Source: Acidobacteriota bacterium (lineage in GTDB: Bacteria; Acidobacteriota; Blastocatellia; Pyrinomonadales; Pyrinomonadaceae). From it: a DNA stretch of 64,000 bases. Each line of letters begins with the position of its first letter. Position 1 is the first letter of the stretch. The notes under the pieces were generated by a model, which worked only from the letters and a program-made list of their open reading frames with translations, made no database searches and was not told the DNA's origin. The position numbers and the translations under genes are program-made. This document shows positions 61,073 to 64,000 of this stretch, in pieces. Where the stretch lies: assembly GCA_038040505.1 (NCBI GenBank), contig JBBPID010000014.1, positions 8,588 to 72,587 on the forward strand, read 5' to 3'.

Positions 61073-62460
61073 TTAACCTTGCAACGGCAAATCGACCCTG
61101 AAGACGCTACCTTTTCCGGGTTGGCTCTCTACCTGAATCTGTCCCGCATGAGCTTCGACGATCCAGCGGACAATCGAAAGTCCCAGGCCCGCCCCCCGAG
61201 GGCGCGAGATCGAGCTTTGTCCACGCGATAGAAACGATCAAAGATTTTGGACTGATCGTCCTTTGGAATGCCGATCCCGGTGTCGCTGACAGTCAGCCGC
61301 GCATTTCCGTTTTGCGATGACAGCTCCAGGCGAATCTCGCCGCCCTCAGGCGTGTACTTCACCGCGTTATCCAAGAGGTTCAGAAGCATTCGCTTGAGCA
61401 ACTCCTCATCGCCGCGCATGGTTAACGACCTGGACTGTTCATCAAAAGCCATTCGCAGATCCTTTCGCTTTGCGAGCACCTGGGCGGCTCGCACACAATC
61501 TCCGGCAATCTGATTCAACGAGACTGGCTCGTTCATTAGTTTTGCAGGCGCATCGATTGGCTGCCGCGCGAGAACAAACAGGTCTTCAACTATCCGCGAA
61601 AGCCGTTCAGCTTCATCCTTAATCAGCGCCAGAGACTCTTTGTACTCGTCAATTTCGCGCGGCTGGCTGAGTGCCACCTCAGTCTCGCCGCGAAGCACTG
61701 CCAGCGGCGTGCGCAGCTCATGAGAAGCGTCAGCGACGAACCGCTGCTGTTCGCTGAATGATGCCTCAAGTCGAGTCAGCAGATCGTTGATAGTTGTTGC
61801 CAACCCTCCCAATTCGTCGCGTGGGTTCTGAACGTCCAGGCGCGAAGACAAACGCTCAGCCGTGATCCGCCGCGTCTGCATGTTCATCAGAGAAATCGGC
61901 GAGAGACTCTTGCGCGCGAGAAAATAGCCGCCGGCTGAAGTCAGCAACAGGATCAAGGGAACTCCGGCATATAAGTAACGCCGCAGGCGGCGCAGTCCTT
62001 CTTCAACCACGCTCACCGGCTCAGCGACCGCGGCGAACCCAAGCTCTTGAGCTGCTGAAAGAGGGACGATTGCAACTCTCAGATTATTGATCCTTACAAA
62101 GCCAACGCCGTTTCGCCGGGCATCAGTCAGAGTCTGCGACTGGAGCGAGAACACACCGTTTGAAAGATTGCGCGACCAGGCCGTCGCCCGTCCACTGCTG
62201 TCGGTAAGCTCGAGATATCGATCGGGAAAGGCCGTTTCGGTTAGCACGACTTCGGTAGCCTTAAGCGCGGATTGCTCTTCTTCCAGCTCTTCGATGTAGA
62301 CGCTGGCCACAGTTCGCGCTGTGGAATGCAAAGACTCGTCCTGTCGTTCATGAAAGACGGCAGCTGCCGCATAGTAAAGGATCATGGCAAACGCGATTAG
62401 GGACAGGCTGAGCACGGCAGCGTACCAGAGAGTGAGTCTTATGCGAACGGAATCAAACAT
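61073..62460 (-). pseudogene. Sensor histidine kinase (TM-HAMP-HisKA-HATPase) interrupted by a 1-nt frameshift in a G6 run
   Basis: H-box VADASHELRTPLAVL, N-box LLNLLDNAVKYTP, G1 DTGIGI. After ...SRALGG the annotated frame gives nonsense (RAWDFRLSAGSSKLMRDRFR, stop 61129). The neighbouring frame reads GAGLGLSIVRWIVEAHAGQIQVESQPGKGSVFRVDLPLQG to a stop at 61073. The span is 1388 nt, one short of a multiple of 3. Confidence 0.8.
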
Positions 62461-62484
62461 AGAACTTAAGAGCGAGTGGCGAAC

Positions 62485-63369
62485 CTAGAAGCTCCACGTC
62501 AGTGCGGCTCCATACTGGCGCGCGCGCCGGTTGTATTGAGGCGCGATCACCAGCTGCCGGGACTCGCTCACTCCCTCGTCATCGTGACTTGAATATGACT
62601 TCTTGCGGTGATGGGCGTGATAGATATACTTTCCAATTCCGTATCCCAGGGCACTCCCTGCCAGCACATCGGAAAGGTAGTGCTTTCCTCCCGTAAAGCG
62701 AGCCACGCTAACCGCGCTCGCGACCCCGTAGGCCGCGATCTGAACTGCGCGATGATCGCGGTATTCGTTCGCGATGATGGTAGCCACTGACCACACCTGA
62801 ATGCTATGACCGGAAGGAAACGAATCACCGCCGTCGAAAAACTCGCTGCGCTCAGGGCCGGTTCGAGGCCGGCCCCGTTGCGTGATCCCCTTCAGCGCGT
62901 GCACGACGATTAGAGTATCAACAAATGCCTCAGCCGTAAGCATTCCTGTTTCTCTGGCGCGGGCGTCGTTCCTCTTGCGGCCAATGAAATAGAAAGTGGC
63001 GGCCACCGCCCCGACACTGTAGGTCGAGCCGGCCTGACTAATAATCTTACTTGGTTTCACCAGCCGATTGAACTCACTTATCTTGTCCCCGGTGATCCGA
63101 TCGGTGGTGAATAGGGCCATCAAGCCGATACCCGAGGGAACCATCCATTTTGCATCGCCCCGATGAACGCGGAGCGGCGCGGTCCAAATCGCTTTCTGGT
63201 CCCGTAGAATGTTTTTGAAGAATTCTCTTTCGAGGGAAGGCGCCTTTCGAACTGCCGGCGTCGCTGAAGGTGTTGGAGGTGTTTGCGCCCGGCCTGCTAG
63301 TCCTGCCGAGAACATGACGGCCAACTGAATGATGCTGAAGAGGCAATACCGTAATACGTTTCTTCGCAT
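62485..63369 (-). CDS. PAP2-family acid phosphatase (phosphatidic acid phosphatase type 2 / haloperoxidase fold)
   Basis: Start set at ATG 63369 (MRRNVLRYCLFSIIQLAVMF...). PAP2 motifs KGITQRGRP, FPSGHS and SVARFTGGKHYLSDVLAG. Confidence 0.85.
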   Translation of the reverse strand: MRRNVLRYCLFSIIQLAVMFSAGLAGRAQTPPTPSATPAVRKAPSLEREFFKNILRDQKAIWTAPLRVHRGDAKWMVPSGIGLMALFTTDRITGDKISEFNRLVKPSKIISQAGSTYSVGAVAATFYFIGRKRNDARARETGMLTAEAFVDTLIVVHALKGITQRGRPRTGPERSEFFDGGDSFPSGHSIQVWSVATIIANEYRDHRAVQIAAYGVASAVSVARFTGGKHYLSDVLAGSALGYGIGKYIYHAHHRKKSYSSHDDEGVSESRQLVIAPQYNRRARQYGAALTWSF

Positions 63370-63397
63370 GTACTCACCACCCTTTTCTAACTTAAAT

Positions 63398-64000
63398 CTA
63401 TTTGCTGACAACCAGGACCACGAACGAGCCGGGCTTAACGCTACGCTGCGGCCGTCCGTTTGGGGTTGCCGGTGGGCTCTCAATAATTTCGGCGGCGCTC
63501 AAAAATATCTTTTTCGTTTTCGGATCGAAAGCCATCGTCCGGGCGCTCGGTTGAGTTTTCACCGCCCCCGCGTCTTCATACTCATCAGCCGATTTTTCGT
63601 GAAAGATATTCAACACACCTTCGCTGCAGGAAAAGAAGATCAATTTCGCTTGCGGGTCGAAACCAGCGTAATCCACGCCTCGGCCGATCGGTAAGCTGCT
63701 AATAACTTTTCCTGAGACCGCATCCATCACCACCATTTTGGGCTCGTTGCGGCAGCCGATGAAGAGCCGTTTTGTCTTTGCATCATAAGCTAACCCGGTC
63801 GGCGTCTTGGCTAAGCCGATTGGGAAACGCTTTTTCACTTCGAGCGTCTTCGGGTCGAACACCAGCACATCGTTGGTGTCCTCCATGTTGACGTAAACCA
63901 GGCCGCCGCCGCCGACCGCCGATTCGCCGTCTCCTGCGGCCTTCACAATGCCAACGACCTGACCCGTCTTCGCGTCGATCGCCGTAATGTCATGCGAGCC
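63398..64000 (-). CDS. YVTN/lactonase-type beta-propeller repeat protein, C-terminal part (partial; continues beyond the right edge)
   Basis: The frame stays open to nt 64000 (…GSHDITAIDAKTGQVVGIVKAAGDGES…). Repeated VxVxDxxTxxV blades: VLVFDPKTLEVKKRFPIG, MVVMDAVSGKVISSLPIG. Confidence 0.7.
   Translation of the reverse strand, partial: GSHDITAIDAKTGQVVGIVKAAGDGESAVGGGGLVYVNMEDTNDVLVFDPKTLEVKKRFPIGLAKTPTGLAYDAKTKRLFIGCRNEPKMVVMDAVSGKVISSLPIGRGVDYAGFDPQAKLIFFSCSEGVLNIFHEKSADEYEDAGAVKTQPSARTMAFDPKTKKIFLSAAEIIESPPATPNGRPQRSVKPGSFVVLVVSK

Overview
A 64-kb, gene-dense chromosomal segment of about 46 CDS with no rRNA, tRNA, CRISPR array, transposase or integrase that I could recognise. The gene content points to a soil Acidobacteriota-type genome, but that is inference, not proof. 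This content includes a CarboxypepD_reg-type TonB receptor, a double-FtsX/MacB-like ABC permease, many secreted PQQ-like beta-propellers and Ser/Thr kinases fused to TPR sensors. The window falls into five blocks. (1) 0.2-22.4 kb is an island with seven paralogous secreted PQQ-like propeller genes. Interspersed among them are a CPA2 antiporter, a HemN-like radical-SAM plus halogenase-like flavoprotein pair, a TonB-dependent receptor and a TPR protein. (2) 22.7-31.5 kb, all on the minus strand, holds a MacB-type ABC transporter followed by GT4 glycosyltransferase, LuxC-like reductase, LuxE/PaaK-like adenylating enzyme and hotdog thioesterase genes. (3) 31.7-47.8 kb holds redox, stress, regulatory and catabolic genes: TrxR-like, AraC, DinB, a PAS-GAF hybrid histidine kinase, DAP ammonia-lyase-like, GMC, SDR, AstE/AspA-like and amidohydrolase. 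(4) 47.9-60.7 kb is a co-directional signalling island with three paralogous TolB-N-like/TPR sensor proteins. One of these is a 2042-aa TM-less Ser/Thr kinase carrying four tandem sensor modules. (5) 61-64 kb holds a histidine kinase frameshifted in a G-run, a PAP2 phosphatase and a partial YVTN-type propeller. Intergenic DNA is unusually repeat-rich. It contains several palindromic MITE/REP-like families, plus a distinctive class of arrays in which tandem 7- or 8-mers are followed by tandem copies of their complement. One of these arrays sits in frame inside the ABC permease gene. All calls were made by eye from motifs and architecture; no database search was run.
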